From a virus: a DNA stretch of 64,000 nt. Where the stretch lies: the IMG/VR virus record IMGVR_UViG_3300036985_001509, positions 1 to 64,000 of that record, one strand, 5' to 3'. A program made the translations under genes and the position numbers. A model generated the notes under the pieces. That model ran no database searches. It was not told where the DNA came from and was given only the letters and a program-made list of their open reading frames with translations. This document shows positions 46,739 to 57,086 of the stretch, piece after piece (the first letter of the stretch is position 1; each line of letters opens with the position of its first letter).

Positions 46739-48292
46739 TTAGAACTGCGGGATTTCTTCAATCAACACTGTACGAGACAGGTCTTCGATGAATACATCAC
46801 AACGGTCCTTCATCCAGATTTCATATCCTGGGAATTTGTTCGCAGAGCTCATACCCTGAGACTTAGCAAAGCCTAAGTGATGGCGAGTTCCATCGATATA
46901 TCCCCAAGTCATAGAAGGTGCACCCTTCATACGAACTTCACGGATGTTATTAACCATAGAACCATCAGACATCGGAGATACGTCAAACACCATGAATACA
47001 GGGGTAGACTTCTTGTTCTGTCCGAATTCCAGGTTAGATTGAGGCAGGTCAAGTTCTTTCAGGTGAATCAGTTCAACACGACCAGTCTCACGAGTTACCA
47101 TTGCATCGAATGCAAAGTTGTAAGTGATGTGTTGTCCTTCGCCTTGCAGGTAACGGTTTCCGCTATCAGCCATGAAGGTCAGACCGCTGTTCAAAGCGTC
47201 AGTCTTCAAAGCTTGTTGGAACACGTCAAAACCTGCTTCGTTTGTATACATTTTGACACGACGGTCTTTAACATCCACACGACGGTAGAACAGGTCACCA
47301 AACACAGCACGGATCAAGTTCGCAGTGAACTCACCACGGTTGTACTGTACGAGGTTACCGTTGTTACGCATACGATGGTAAACACCAGCAGATGTACGCT
47401 TCAGTTCTTGCTTGCTACCGTTAGTCTTAACAGTACCAGGACGAGACCAAATCATACGCTTAACTTTCAACTCAAGCATAGACTTACGCATCCAGAACTC
47501 AATAAATGGCTCCCACTTAACATCATTACGAGTCAAGGGAAGTTGGTTACGACGCTGAGGTGCATATACAAGGATATCCAAAGGACGTCCTGCAGAGTCA
47601 CGCATCATTTTGTCATCAGCCCACTCAGTGATCTTGTGCTCGAAACCATATGCAGAACCCAAAGATTCAAACATAGTGATTTGCTCACCCAAACGGGGAA
47701 GACCAAGCAGATCCTGATCGAATTCACCGATTGCAGCATCTACCAGCTCAAGCTCAATACCCACTTGCAAGAATGTAGAACTTACAAAATCTACAGTGGG
47801 GTTGTCAGTCACAAGTGTGAAACTGTACAAGAATCCCATGTTCCAAGGAATAGGGTCCTTGATAACATAGAAGCGAGGACCATACTGACGGCTACCAACA
47901 GAAACGATTGCGTTCTTAGAGAACTCGTTTGTGTCAAGCACCAATTGGAACTCTTGACCATCGATACCAGGCTTGCTCAACTCGAGAGTGGAGTTAGGTA
48001 CGTCGATAATTTTAGGGAATTTGTAGGGAACAGCTACTTGCCATTTCCAAGCATCGCTATTATTATCAATGTAATAAGGCGTGCTTTTGTTGATCATGTC
48101 GAGGAAGTCATTGCTATACAGAGAGCTCTGCGTGTAGAGACTGATGATCTTCTTGTCGTAATCAGCAGGCTCGGTTGAGTGAAAGCTCTCCAGGTGGTTA
48201 GCGTCAGTTAGCTTACCTACAGCACGCTTGTCCATAGAAGCGACACGAGCATACGTGAAGCCAGTTAGACCTGGGATTGTTTGAATTGCCAT
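46739..48292 (-). CDS. Major capsid protein (crAss-like)
   Basis: 517 aa; strong codon bias toward CGT/TTC/AAC; KRMIWSRPG...SAGVYHRM...MYTNEAGFDVFQQA; follows the portal and an acidic scaffold-like gene. Confidence 0.85.
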   Translation of the reverse strand: MAIQTIPGLTGFTYARVASMDKRAVGKLTDANHLESFHSTEPADYDKKIISLYTQSSLYSNDFLDMINKSTPYYIDNNSDAWKWQVAVPYKFPKIIDVPNSTLELSKPGIDGQEFQLVLDTNEFSKNAIVSVGSRQYGPRFYVIKDPIPWNMGFLYSFTLVTDNPTVDFVSSTFLQVGIELELVDAAIGEFDQDLLGLPRLGEQITMFESLGSAYGFEHKITEWADDKMMRDSAGRPLDILVYAPQRRNQLPLTRNDVKWEPFIEFWMRKSMLELKVKRMIWSRPGTVKTNGSKQELKRTSAGVYHRMRNNGNLVQYNRGEFTANLIRAVFGDLFYRRVDVKDRRVKMYTNEAGFDVFQQALKTDALNSGLTFMADSGNRYLQGEGQHITYNFAFDAMVTRETGRVELIHLKELDLPQSNLEFGQNKKSTPVFMVFDVSPMSDGSMVNNIREVRMKGAPSMTWGYIDGTRHHLGFAKSQGMSSANKFPGYEIWMKDRCDVFIEDLSRTVLIEEIPQF

Positions 48293-48320
48293 TTTTTATC
48301 CTTTTGTGTTTAAGAAAAAA

Positions 48321-49607
48321 TTATAAAAACCATGAATTTTGTTTAGAAGGCTGAGAGCCATTGCTAGTTGACGACTTAGCTTTAGTCACTTGCCTAGCCA
48401 CTTCCCCAAACAGCTCGTTAGATTTCTTTGTAACGCCTGTCTTTTGGATGGTAGATAGAGTGGGATCTTTTTCCAAGATCTTCAGTAGCAATGCAACCTT
48501 TACTTTAGTTGCATGGTTTTCAGGTCTTTTCAACTCTAAGATGGTACGGTCGAAATCTGTGAGAGTTTCTCCTGATGCTGTTTTGTACTTATCTACCAGC
48601 AGGAAGTCTTGTAGTTCGTTTGCCAACTTAGGGTTGAGGGGGATTCCGTCAAACTCCTTGGATTTCAGTTTATCCTGAAGGACTTGCTGAACGTTATTAA
48701 TATACTGATTCTTTACAGCTTGTTTCTGTTGTAGCTCCACCTCAGCCTTTTGCTCCATTTGGGCAAGTTTCTGGGCTTCCTTTTTAACAAGCACTTTGTG
48801 GTGCTTTGTTGCTACGCTTTCCAGATCGCCATAGTTTTTGAGTCTTTCAACCTCTGTGTTGATGTCTTCAGTCTCAAATCCTTGATCAGCTAGAGCTTGC
48901 TTAATCACTGACACTTGATTATTCTCTTGTGACAGATCCATATCAGCGAAGCTCACTACGTTATTATATGTACCAAAGTATTCCTTTGGATTAACACCTT
49001 TTACGAATATAGCCTCGAACGCTTGTTGATAATCTTCACCAAATTGACCAATGAAGTTATTTACTACCTCAATTGCTCCCTTTTTCTTTTCTTCTTGGAA
49101 ACGTGCCAGGAATTCTTCAGGGGTGGAGATGTTAATCTCTTCTTCCTCATCATCCTGTGAAAACACTCCAAGTTTGAGAAGATCGCGGGACAGAGCTGTG
49201 AATTGACTCAATTCATCTTCTCCCTCTTCAGCAGGTTCTTCAGAAGCTTGCTCTGCAGGTTTAGCTTCAGCAGCAGGAGCTTTCTTCTTAACTGGTTGAG
49301 GATCAGCATCTTCTGCATCTTCCTCAGTTCCACTATTGTCTCCTAAGAAACTAGAAATAAGTTCTTGACCTGAAAGATCTTTACCATCTTCTTTAGGAAC
49401 AACCTCTTTACCCTTTGGAACATCTGGTGTTTTAGGGGCTTCAGGAGGAGTGGCCTCTTTTACAATCTCCTGAAGTTGATCAGGACTGCTTGTAGAGGTT
49501 TCGGGAGACAAAAGATCACTAAGAAGTTCTGCACTACCAGGACCCATCTCCATAGTGTTCTCAATACTAAAGTTGCCAAAGGATGGCGTCTCAAGGTTCT
49601 CAGCCAT
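48321..49607 (-). CDS. Probable scaffold/assembly protein
   Basis: 428 aa, acidic disordered N-terminal half and coiled-coil C-terminal half, immediately upstream of the MCP gene. Confidence 0.6.
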   Translation of the reverse strand: MAENLETPSFGNFSIENTMEMGPGSAELLSDLLSPETSTSSPDQLQEIVKEATPPEAPKTPDVPKGKEVVPKEDGKDLSGQELISSFLGDNSGTEEDAEDADPQPVKKKAPAAEAKPAEQASEEPAEEGEDELSQFTALSRDLLKLGVFSQDDEEEEINISTPEEFLARFQEEKKKGAIEVVNNFIGQFGEDYQQAFEAIFVKGVNPKEYFGTYNNVVSFADMDLSQENNQVSVIKQALADQGFETEDINTEVERLKNYGDLESVATKHHKVLVKKEAQKLAQMEQKAEVELQQKQAVKNQYINNVQQVLQDKLKSKEFDGIPLNPKLANELQDFLLVDKYKTASGETLTDFDRTILELKRPENHATKVKVALLLKILEKDPTLSTIQKTGVTKKSNELFGEVARQVTKAKSSTSNGSQPSKQNSWFL

Positions 49608-49736
49608 ATGTAGTTGTTTTTGAATGGTTTATAAGAAGTAAAAATATACAAAGGTCATTGAATCACAAAGAGTTAGAGGGCTATATTGGCTGTTTTCGTA
49701 GATAATATAGCATTAATGTTTTTTACTCTAACCAAA

Positions 49737-49991
49737 TCACTTTAACTCCACCCACCTGAAACCCATTTTCCATAGGAATCTGGCTGTCAAGGAGGACTCT
49801 TTGCGGATCTTTGTTTCGCTCCAGTCAGGGTGTTTTAGGTGGAAGTGTTCATGCAGGGCGATAAGTAGATACCTGTATCCAGTCAATCTTATATCTATTT
49901 CTATCTTATTCTTTTCATCCCAGGCAAGTCCATGGGCTTTTTCTCTACCTAACTTACGATGCTCAACCTTGTGGGGATTCTTGATTTCCAT
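49737..49991 (-). CDS. Small HEXXH (minimal zincin-like) protein
   Basis: GLAWDEKNKIEID...LIALHEHFHLKHPDWSE; likely start MEIKNP at 49991 (ORF track extends to 50006). Confidence 0.65.
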   Translation of the reverse strand: MEIKNPHKVEHRKLGREKAHGLAWDEKNKIEIDIRLTGYRYLLIALHEHFHLKHPDWSETKIRKESSLTARFLWKMGFRWVELK

Positions 49992-50205
49992 AATGATTAG
50001 ATTCAAATATCTCTTTAAGAGCGGTGTAAGTAATTAGTAATGACATCCTCTTTATCTTGTCTACCATCTCAGCTTCTTCCTCAGATAGCAAAACTGTGTC
50101 CAGGTCCTCAATCACACCAACAGCCTGGATGCAGGCTGTGATGTCTTCATGAGGCGTGGGGTCAAATGGGAAAATTTCGTCAGTGATGATTTCGTCTTTA
50201 TCCAT
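49963..50205 (-). CDS. Hypothetical protein
   Basis: 80 aa, acidic; start overlaps the portal stop codon. Confidence 0.55.
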   Translation of the reverse strand: MDKDEIITDEIFPFDPTPHEDITACIQAVGVIEDLDTVLLSEEEAEMVDKIKRMSLLITYTALKEIFESNHYGNQESPQG

Positions 50206-52799
50206 TATTCTTTCTTAGGTTTTTTAGCTCTACCTTTTGCGTTCTCTTTAGCTATGGCCAAGTCATTTCTCTGGTTCTCACGATCTACCTTAAGTTTCTC
50301 TCTTTCAAGAGATATCTTCTCAGCGGCCAGTCTGTTCTTGGTGCTAATGTCTGCCATCTTCATCTGATAGTCCTTAGCCGTTCTGTCTTGCTCTGCACTT
50401 ATCTTACTGATTTCCAACACATCAGGAACTCCTGACTCATCTACATCAGAGAGTCCCATGCCCATAGACTTGGCTTCAGCAGCAATCAGTGCCACCTCTT
50501 TCTTGTTTATGCGGTCAAGCTCGTTCTGGTAGTTTTCATTAGCAATATCCTGCTCCTTCTGCATCTGAGCCTGTTGCATTTGAGCTTGAGCAATTTGACT
50601 CTGCTGTTCAACCTGCTGCTGTTGCATGTCAAGTTTCTGCTGCTCCATTTTCTGCTGTCTGTCACGCAAGTCTTTAAACACCTTCTTCATTTCTCTCATA
50701 GACTTGGTGCTGTACAGCTCAATTACGTCATACAGAGATCCACCATTCTGCATCAAAGGTTGTGCCAGCTGACGAAGCTCATTGAACATCTGTGTATCCT
50801 CAGGACGATTTGTCAAGAATACCTTCAGGTCACGGAACTTAAGATCAGAACCGTTCACTGATACAAAAGCGCTCTCACCCTCGCTAGTGATATAGCTGAG
50901 AGTGGACTGGGGCTTCTTGCTTTCTACATACAGGGCAGCATCAATGATGGCCTGGTAGAGTTGACCCATAACATACTCATGGGCTATGAACAGGGGCTCT
51001 GTTTGAGAATAAGATTGTTGTACGGCTGTGTTTACACCTGTAGCAGATTCGCTAGATGTAATAGATCCCATACGTTGTCTACTCATCCCCACGAGTTCCC
51101 AACATTCGCTCTTTAACTGTTGGGCTAGGGTATAACGAGATTGGATTTCCTGTGTACGTGTAAGGTCAATATCTCTAAACTGGTTGAATGAGCTTGGGCT
51201 CTTCAGGTTTTCAGGGCTGTCGTCAATAAAGACAACACCTCTGTTTCTTGCTTCTAATTCCCAAATGTCAAGAGCATCCTGAGCATCACCATCCTTAGGA
51301 ACAGGAATATGTCTGATGGATGTTAAATACACCTTACCCACTTCCTTCTCCAGCAGCTTATAGAGCTGGTTCATACATACATTATACAACACCTGGAAAG
51401 GCTTCATTAAATCCACCAGAGACTTAGCTTCTGTGTTCTTCACCTCAAAGGTGATACCAATAAGAGGGCAGTAGTTGAGGAGCTTGAAAGGTTTAACGTG
51501 GTAGATATCTGGACCAATCTTGGTGCCCTGATACCACTGGTTAATCCAGCCCCATTCCAAACTTTGCTGTGTAGGAATGGTGCCGCTCTTGTAGTTTTCA
51601 TCTACCAGAACTGACTGTTCGTTACCCATCTCGTCTACATAGATGAGTTTACCAATCTTCTTCTTGCTCAACCAGTAACCTCTAACAACAACATACTTAT
51701 ATCCAAAGGATGATACGTTGGAGGTGAGTCCCAAGAAATCCTTGAGACCATCATTGTTCTCCTTCATTTCACTCTCGATAATCATACGGGTTTGAAGGAC
51801 CAGTGGATCAAATGTATCATAGGTAACTGAGTCAATACCAGGAACAGCGTTGGGGTTACCCAGATTTGATTCACGGACGTTAATTAGTCCATAGTCTTGC
51901 AGAGAACTTCTTAGATGGTCTATTTCTTCTTTAGTAAGATCAGGAATGCTTTCAATGATCTCTGAAAGCTCCATAACTTGAACAGTACCTGCAGCATACG
52001 CACCTTGAGCTCGCCCTGTAGGGTCAGAGATATATTTTCTATCAGGCGTTGTAAGGAACCATGTGTTTTTCGGGTTAGCCACCTCGATATTGAATCCCAG
52101 CTTAGAATTGTCCTCATAGATGTGATAGAATTCTCTTCCAGAAATAAGCATGTCTCTAAACGCGTCCTCACTTTTCTCCTTCAGGTTGAACTCAGCCTTC
52201 TGGCAAGTGAGCACATGATTGGCCCATTTCTCAGCTACAGAAGTGTAGCTATCTAGGACATCCTGTACTTCCTCCATTGTCATCTGTTGAACTTCCTCTT
52301 CAGAAAGCTCCTCACCATTCATAGCAGCGTTTGCCAATATCTGCTGTCTAGCTCTACCCAGAACATATTGTTGAAGTATATCTGTCTTAAACTCCAGCTC
52401 TTCAGACTTACTATCATCATCAAACGCCTTCACCCTGAATGTATCAGGGCGTTTACTAATCTCACCCACCAGCTCGTTTACAGGAGTGGTGATGATGGAA
52501 TACATCTTAACATACGCAGGCAATTGTAGATCGGCTGTAAGCACATCTGTAAAACTTCTCACCTGAGGCTCCTGATAGAAATCTTCCATCCTCAGGATGC
52601 CTTTCATTAGGTCGTAGTTTTTGACAAATGTATCTCGGTTCTTTACATACTCAGCATAAGCCTTGTTTGCAAAGTAGTCCATAGTGTTCTTAATCCAGCT
52701 CTCATCTTGCTTCTCCTTATCAGTCTTGAACTGATCAGGGAAGATGTTAAGATAGGCATACCTAATGGTAGCATCTTTCGTATATCTAATAATTGCCAT
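50205..52799 (-). CDS. Portal protein
   Basis: 864 aa immediately after the terminase; YSIITTPVNELVGE, KSLVDLMKPFQVLYN, FNQFRDIDLT, ELVGMSRQRMG and a Gln-rich coiled-coil tail. Confidence 0.9.
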   Translation of the reverse strand: MAIIRYTKDATIRYAYLNIFPDQFKTDKEKQDESWIKNTMDYFANKAYAEYVKNRDTFVKNYDLMKGILRMEDFYQEPQVRSFTDVLTADLQLPAYVKMYSIITTPVNELVGEISKRPDTFRVKAFDDDSKSEELEFKTDILQQYVLGRARQQILANAAMNGEELSEEEVQQMTMEEVQDVLDSYTSVAEKWANHVLTCQKAEFNLKEKSEDAFRDMLISGREFYHIYEDNSKLGFNIEVANPKNTWFLTTPDRKYISDPTGRAQGAYAAGTVQVMELSEIIESIPDLTKEEIDHLRSSLQDYGLINVRESNLGNPNAVPGIDSVTYDTFDPLVLQTRMIIESEMKENNDGLKDFLGLTSNVSSFGYKYVVVRGYWLSKKKIGKLIYVDEMGNEQSVLVDENYKSGTIPTQQSLEWGWINQWYQGTKIGPDIYHVKPFKLLNYCPLIGITFEVKNTEAKSLVDLMKPFQVLYNVCMNQLYKLLEKEVGKVYLTSIRHIPVPKDGDAQDALDIWELEARNRGVVFIDDSPENLKSPSSFNQFRDIDLTRTQEIQSRYTLAQQLKSECWELVGMSRQRMGSITSSESATGVNTAVQQSYSQTEPLFIAHEYVMGQLYQAIIDAALYVESKKPQSTLSYITSEGESAFVSVNGSDLKFRDLKVFLTNRPEDTQMFNELRQLAQPLMQNGGSLYDVIELYSTKSMREMKKVFKDLRDRQQKMEQQKLDMQQQQVEQQSQIAQAQMQQAQMQKEQDIANENYQNELDRINKKEVALIAAEAKSMGMGLSDVDESGVPDVLEISKISAEQDRTAKDYQMKMADISTKNRLAAEKISLEREKLKVDRENQRNDLAIAKENAKGRAKKPKKE

Positions 52800-54823
52800 T
52801 ATGTAAACAATTTACTTTTTTTCCTTGGGAATAGTCCTCTTGATTCTGTAAATAGCTGGTTTTTCTTGTTTGGTCTAAAGAATGCTTTTAGTCTGTCATC
52901 TCCTGAACCTCCCACCTTTCCAAGTATTGGGTCCATTTTAAGAGCCTGAGCTATTGCTAACTCTGCTGCTACAATACGGTCAAAGTTACCTTGATCGTTA
53001 TACTGAATAATCTCTTCCAGTAGAACAGGATCAAATATCTTTGACACACCCAGTACCTCTTTAATGATATCACCATCCTCGTTCTTTTCCTGATATACAA
53101 CAGCCTCCATATACTTCTTGAGACAGTTGTGCAGATAGTCTCTTATCTTATCTGCTGAGCGGTGCACCCCATACTCACGTTTAACGGTGGTACCAGGCAC
53201 CACTTCCTTCAACCATTCAGGTTGCTTCTCGAGGTAGTGTGCATCTCCTTTAGCTTTCATGTATTCTATGAAGGAGATGTCATCATTTTCACAGAGCGTA
53301 CGTGCATTATAATACTTAATGAGAAGACGAGCTTGTTCTTCCCAGGTTTCTTTCTTCTCAGGCCTTGCACAATACGAAGCTACGAACATATCCTGGTACT
53401 TCTCACCAGTTATGTCGTGCATTCTCTTATAAATATATACAGACCCTAAGGATGTAGAATAGGCAGCTTGCCCCTGTCTGTAAGGGTCAACTCCTGCTAC
53501 ATAGAGTCCGTACGGAGGGTTTTCCAGAGGAAACTCATATATCACTACAGGAGCATCCTTCAGATCCGTATTCTTTAGGGGGAAGTTAGTGATGGGTTGT
53601 TTATCTGTAAACTCATGACTAATCTTCTCTCCATCATGGAACAGAATAACAGGTGTGCCTGTACGTTCCTGATTAATAAGCCTAGCTTTCTGTCGCTTGG
53701 CTCCCTCAATATCAAATATGTTTGTGTCCTCGTTCAGGAAGATATCATCCACTTCCATGGGATAGTACATCTTCTCTTTTAGGTAGGCCACTCTATCTCC
53801 AGCCTTCTTAAGGCGTTCTAGATTACCTTCTGTAATTTGTTTAGCTTTCTCCTCATTACTCACCAACATCTTAACGTCATGACTATCGCTTCCTTCAGGC
53901 TCTCCCAGAAATGCACCCAGCGTGCTCTCTTCCTTAGCCTCCATTCGATACTTATACGAAATAAACAAGCCATGAATACGTTTCTCATCCTTTTCATTGT
54001 TGTAGGTTAAGAAGTTGAAATTATCTACATCAAACATCAGGGACTTGGCGTCCATGAATCGCTTCATGTCACCACCAGTACCTGTAAGAATGGGAGAACA
54101 ACCCCATCCATAAGGGGTTGTGAAACCTGGTACAGCAGCCTGGAAACCTCTAAGGAAATTACCTTTACCAATCTCATCGATAATTAGTTTACGTGGTTTT
54201 GTACCAGCAATTGCTTCCTCATTGTTACCCTCGTCAAGGTTACGAATGAGTATCTGGGAGAACGGTATACGCTCTCCTGATTTGGTCTTAATACCTAGGG
54301 TGACTTGGTTTTTCCAGTTGTCCTCAACTCTCTGCCATCTCCATGCTTCAGGTAGGAAGTTCAGGCCCTTGTCCAGCTTATCTGTGATCAGCTTTATATC
54401 GGGGGCATTCAACCCAGCGATCACATTCTGGGAATTCTCATCAAATGTAGCGCCCCACCCTATGTAAGAAGCCTCTAAAACAGACTTAGCGAAACGTCGT
54501 ATACCTAGTATCACCAAGCCCTTTTTATCTTGTTGTGCTCTATCTATCTCATTGGTCACTATCCACTCATTGTCACGCAGGAGAGGATTGGCATATTTCT
54601 GGGAGATTCTCCCACGCTCATCTATCACATCCACCTCTGTGTGCCAAACATTTAGATGCCAGTAGAGAAACGGGTTGATATACACCCCGCCCATCATAGC
54701 ACCGTTTAAGCATATGTCTCTGTGGAAGTCAAAGAAAGGCTTAAACTCTGCAGACTCACGGTCAGGCAGACGCCCCTGGTTGATAAACCAGTCTTTGTAA
54801 TCTATGCTTTGTATGTTGATCAT
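52799..54823 (-). CDS. terL: Terminase large subunit
   Basis: Deviant Walker A ILGIRRFAKS, Walker B LIIDEIGK, coupling motif TGTGG, RNase H-like nuclease YVAGVDPY and GNFDRI. Confidence 0.92.
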   Translation of the reverse strand: MINIQSIDYKDWFINQGRLPDRESAEFKPFFDFHRDICLNGAMMGGVYINPFLYWHLNVWHTEVDVIDERGRISQKYANPLLRDNEWIVTNEIDRAQQDKKGLVILGIRRFAKSVLEASYIGWGATFDENSQNVIAGLNAPDIKLITDKLDKGLNFLPEAWRWQRVEDNWKNQVTLGIKTKSGERIPFSQILIRNLDEGNNEEAIAGTKPRKLIIDEIGKGNFLRGFQAAVPGFTTPYGWGCSPILTGTGGDMKRFMDAKSLMFDVDNFNFLTYNNEKDEKRIHGLFISYKYRMEAKEESTLGAFLGEPEGSDSHDVKMLVSNEEKAKQITEGNLERLKKAGDRVAYLKEKMYYPMEVDDIFLNEDTNIFDIEGAKRQKARLINQERTGTPVILFHDGEKISHEFTDKQPITNFPLKNTDLKDAPVVIYEFPLENPPYGLYVAGVDPYRQGQAAYSTSLGSVYIYKRMHDITGEKYQDMFVASYCARPEKKETWEEQARLLIKYYNARTLCENDDISFIEYMKAKGDAHYLEKQPEWLKEVVPGTTVKREYGVHRSADKIRDYLHNCLKKYMEAVVYQEKNEDGDIIKEVLGVSKIFDPVLLEEIIQYNDQGNFDRIVAAELAIAQALKMDPILGKVGGSGDDRLKAFFRPNKKNQLFTESRGLFPRKKSKLFT

Positions 54824-55158
54824 TATCTTCTGCTCCTGAGGAAGTCTTCAGCCATAGAGCTTAACTCTCCATTACCTCTCACTTCCACCTTAGCTTCTTC
54901 TTTCTCACGCAGTTTCTCTACAACCTCCAGAAGAGCCAAGTAATTTTTCATTGTTTCTTGGATGAACTTACCCTGGGCCTCAATAGAGGCAATTACCATG
55001 GGAAGCATACCTCCTTTGGCTGTAGGTTTCCACTCAATCCTGTCCTTCAGTTCATGAAGAGGATTGGCATCAACATATGCTTTCCAGCTTTTGAGCTGTT
55101 CTTCAGCCCAGTCAAGCTCAGCATTTATGTATGTAGTTTTTTTAATAGTCTTCGCCAT
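54823..55158 (-). CDS. Possible terminase small subunit
   Basis: 111 aa, helical, translationally coupled to terL; assignment from position only. Confidence 0.45.
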   Translation of the reverse strand: MAKTIKKTTYINAELDWAEEQLKSWKAYVDANPLHELKDRIEWKPTAKGGMLPMVIASIEAQGKFIQETMKNYLALLEVVEKLREKEEAKVEVRGNGELSSMAEDFLRSRR

Positions 55159-55423
55159 CTTGCTCTTTTAAAATGTCATCCAGATTCATGCCATCCTTAA
55201 TAATCTGGTCAAGTTCGTTCTCATCTGTATGAGGAACGTCTAGCTCCAGTTCAGATTTATACTTCTCTAGAGCAAAAAGAATCTCTTTGTCAGTCAGTCC
55301 CCACACATCCCCATACCCATCAAGGGCTGTGGCTATGTGCCTACCCATATTATAGTTGGGATAGGCAGCATGTAGTTGTTGGAGAACAATCAGTACCTGA
55401 CTGTAATGGCTAGACTTTCTCAT
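55142..55423 (-). CDS. Hypothetical protein
   Basis: 93 aa in a tightly packed operon. Confidence 0.6.
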   Translation of the reverse strand: MRKSSHYSQVLIVLQQLHAAYPNYNMGRHIATALDGYGDVWGLTDKEILFALEKYKSELELDVPHTDENELDQIIKDGMNLDDILKEQDGEDY

Positions 55424-55427
55424 CAGT

Positions 55428-55610
55428 TTATTTTACTATCAAGCCAACACTTGTGGCAGATAGCTTTTCTAATCCTGGAGAAACTACATCCTTGATTAGC
55501 TTAGCTATTTGCTCATTAGCTAACGTTTTTACTTCTTCTGAAATTCCTGGGGTTGCTACCAAAGCTCCGAGCTTCTCAATAACAATCCATGCTTCTACTA
55601 TTGGGTTCAT
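55428..55610 (-). CDS. Hypothetical protein
   Basis: 60 aa; ATGA overlap with the upstream gene. Confidence 0.6.
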   Translation of the reverse strand: MNPIVEAWIVIEKLGALVATPGISEEVKTLANEQIAKLIKDVVSPGLEKLSATSVGLIVK

Positions 55611-55855
55611 ATTAATTGGTTTAAATCGTCGTCATTAAGTTCTTTAGAGGGGTCTATCTCTATCTCTACATCAAAATTTTCTTCCTCTTTATTGTAATAC
55701 TCTTCCTTGATGGCAATTCCTATATTGTCCTGGAAGTCGTTTGCTATGCCTATAATATCTACAAAGTCAGCACCCTTGTTCCAGGCATCTGTCAGCACAT
55801 CAATGAGCACCTTTACAGGTATCTTTCTAAGGGTAACTTCTTGTCTATTTTCCAT
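55607..55855 (-). CDS. Hypothetical acidic protein
   Basis: 82 aa; overlaps both neighbours. Confidence 0.6.
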   Translation of the reverse strand: MENRQEVTLRKIPVKVLIDVLTDAWNKGADFVDIIGIANDFQDNIGIAIKEEYYNKEEENFDVEIEIDPSKELNDDDLNQLI

Positions 55856-56141
55856 GGCTTTTCATTTCTTCTTCCTGATCTGGCGTAACCAAAGCCACCC
55901 ATTTGTTTAAAGGGCAGCTGCACGAGAGACATTTGGTTTTGGCAGACAGGGTACATCCACAATGTGTGCAATGTGCGTCTGGCCTGATGGTTTTATAATT
56001 TTTACGATTTGCCGAGTGGTATTCACAACCCTCACAAATAGTAAGTCTTTCTTTACTCGTATCCTTTATCGTCTTCTTCAGCTCTTTGGGAGGCAGGAGG
56101 TTGTTCCTCCACCCCTCGTAAATTTGAGACATTAGATTCAT
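55845..56141 (-). CDS. Cys-rich zinc-binding protein
   Basis: ERLTICEGC...CTHCGCTLSAKTKCLSCSCPLNKW. Confidence 0.75.
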   Translation of the reverse strand: MNLMSQIYEGWRNNLLPPKELKKTIKDTSKERLTICEGCEYHSANRKNYKTIRPDAHCTHCGCTLSAKTKCLSCSCPLNKWVALVTPDQEEEMKSHGK

Positions 56142-56469
56142 ATATCTTTGGTTTTAAGTCTCTTATCCCGTCAAGGGCTATTTGAAGCTTCAGGGCTGCC
56201 GACTTCCTTTTGGCTTCTGGCAGCGTTTCGTCATTTGCCCATTTCTCAAACAAGGCTTTCTGACTCAGAAACTTCTCCATCGTCTTGTGCGCCTTCTTCT
56301 CATTAAAAAACAACTTCCCAAATCCACTGATTTCCAAGCTTTTATGCTGTGTCAGCGCCTCGTTGGCGCTTTGGAACTGGTGGTTAATAATGGTCTCCAG
56401 TGTCTTCTCGCTCATCCTCATCTTGACTGCCATCTTTCTGATGATCCAGTCCTTGACGGATAGGCTCAT
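56053..56469 (-). CDS. HU/IHF-like DNA-binding protein
   Basis: IIRKMAVKMRMSEKTLETIINHQF...ALTQHKSLEISGFGKLFFN is an HU-family pattern; first ATG after the upstream stop is at 56469. Confidence 0.7.
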   Translation of the reverse strand: MSLSVKDWIIRKMAVKMRMSEKTLETIINHQFQSANEALTQHKSLEISGFGKLFFNEKKAHKTMEKFLSQKALFEKWANDETLPEAKRKSAALKLQIALDGIRDLKPKIYESNVSNLRGVEEQPPASQRAEEDDKGYE

Positions 56470-56476
56470 TGGCTTA

Positions 56477-56827
56477 TTATCCGTGAACAAGTCTGATTTC
56501 AAGGGTGATGTCATGGTCAAAGTTTAACAGGATTTGAGGGTTCACCTTCACCTTTGTCCCATCCTTCACCAGCACCCCTATCTTCTTGAGCCTAGAAATG
56601 ATGTTATTTATGGAGGCATTGGTGGTGCCATATCTCTCACAGAAATCCTTACGTATGTTAGCATAAGAGATGTTACCCCTTACAGCAGCAAAAGCCAGAA
56701 GTTGTATTTCTCTCTGTGTTAGCTTCAAATCGTTCACAGCAGACAGAATAGTGTAATACCTCTCCGCTAAGAGTGTACTATCCACCTCTTGTTTCTTCAG
56801 CTTCTGTAAGACGATTGTGGCTTTCAT
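56477..56827 (-). CDS. Winged-helix DNA-binding protein (RepL-like), first gene of the late operon
   Basis: LTQREIQLLAF...YGTTNASINNIISRLKKIGVLVKDGTKVKVNP wHTH pattern. Confidence 0.7.
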   Translation of the reverse strand: MKATIVLQKLKKQEVDSTLLAERYYTILSAVNDLKLTQREIQLLAFAAVRGNISYANIRKDFCERYGTTNASINNIISRLKKIGVLVKDGTKVKVNPQILLNFDHDITLEIRLVHG

Positions 56828-56841
56828 AAATTTAGTTAGTA

Positions 56842-56873
56842 CAAAGATAAGGGGTTATTCTAACATATTCAAA
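56842..56873 (-). promoter_or_regulatory. Bacteroidota sigma70 promoter driving the late block
   Basis: Perfect TTTG-N20-TATCTTTG on the minus strand, 14 nt upstream of the ATG at 56827. Confidence 0.85.
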
Positions 56874-57086
56874 CACAATCTTTTATGCTATAGCTATATT
56901 ATGTCTTATTTCCAACTTAATCCCGTAAATAGGCTTTCTATCTACAGGGTGAATAGATCCCATAACCCACCCACCACCCCAAAGCTACAACATCCTTAGG
57001 ATAGATTCCAAATTTTTTTTCGTAAACCCCCACCCTTACTTTTTGCCCCCTAGGGTGAGCCCCTAGTTTGACCATCCCCCCTGGTT

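Noticed and set aside
46877-48178. Long + strand ORFs opposite the MCP (433 aa), vRNAP (12326..13495, 8114..8977) and 43820..44617
   Set aside because: Antisense frames kept open by the codon bias of the real genes; no protein-like motifs.
46739-54823. Introns or inteins in terminase, portal or MCP
   Set aside because: ORFs are continuous and of ordinary length; I saw no intein splice motifs or homing-endonuclease ORF.
56470-56520. N-terminal extension of the HU-like ORF to 56520
   Set aside because: Overlaps the wHTH gene by more than 40 nt; the ATG at 56469 fits operon packing better.
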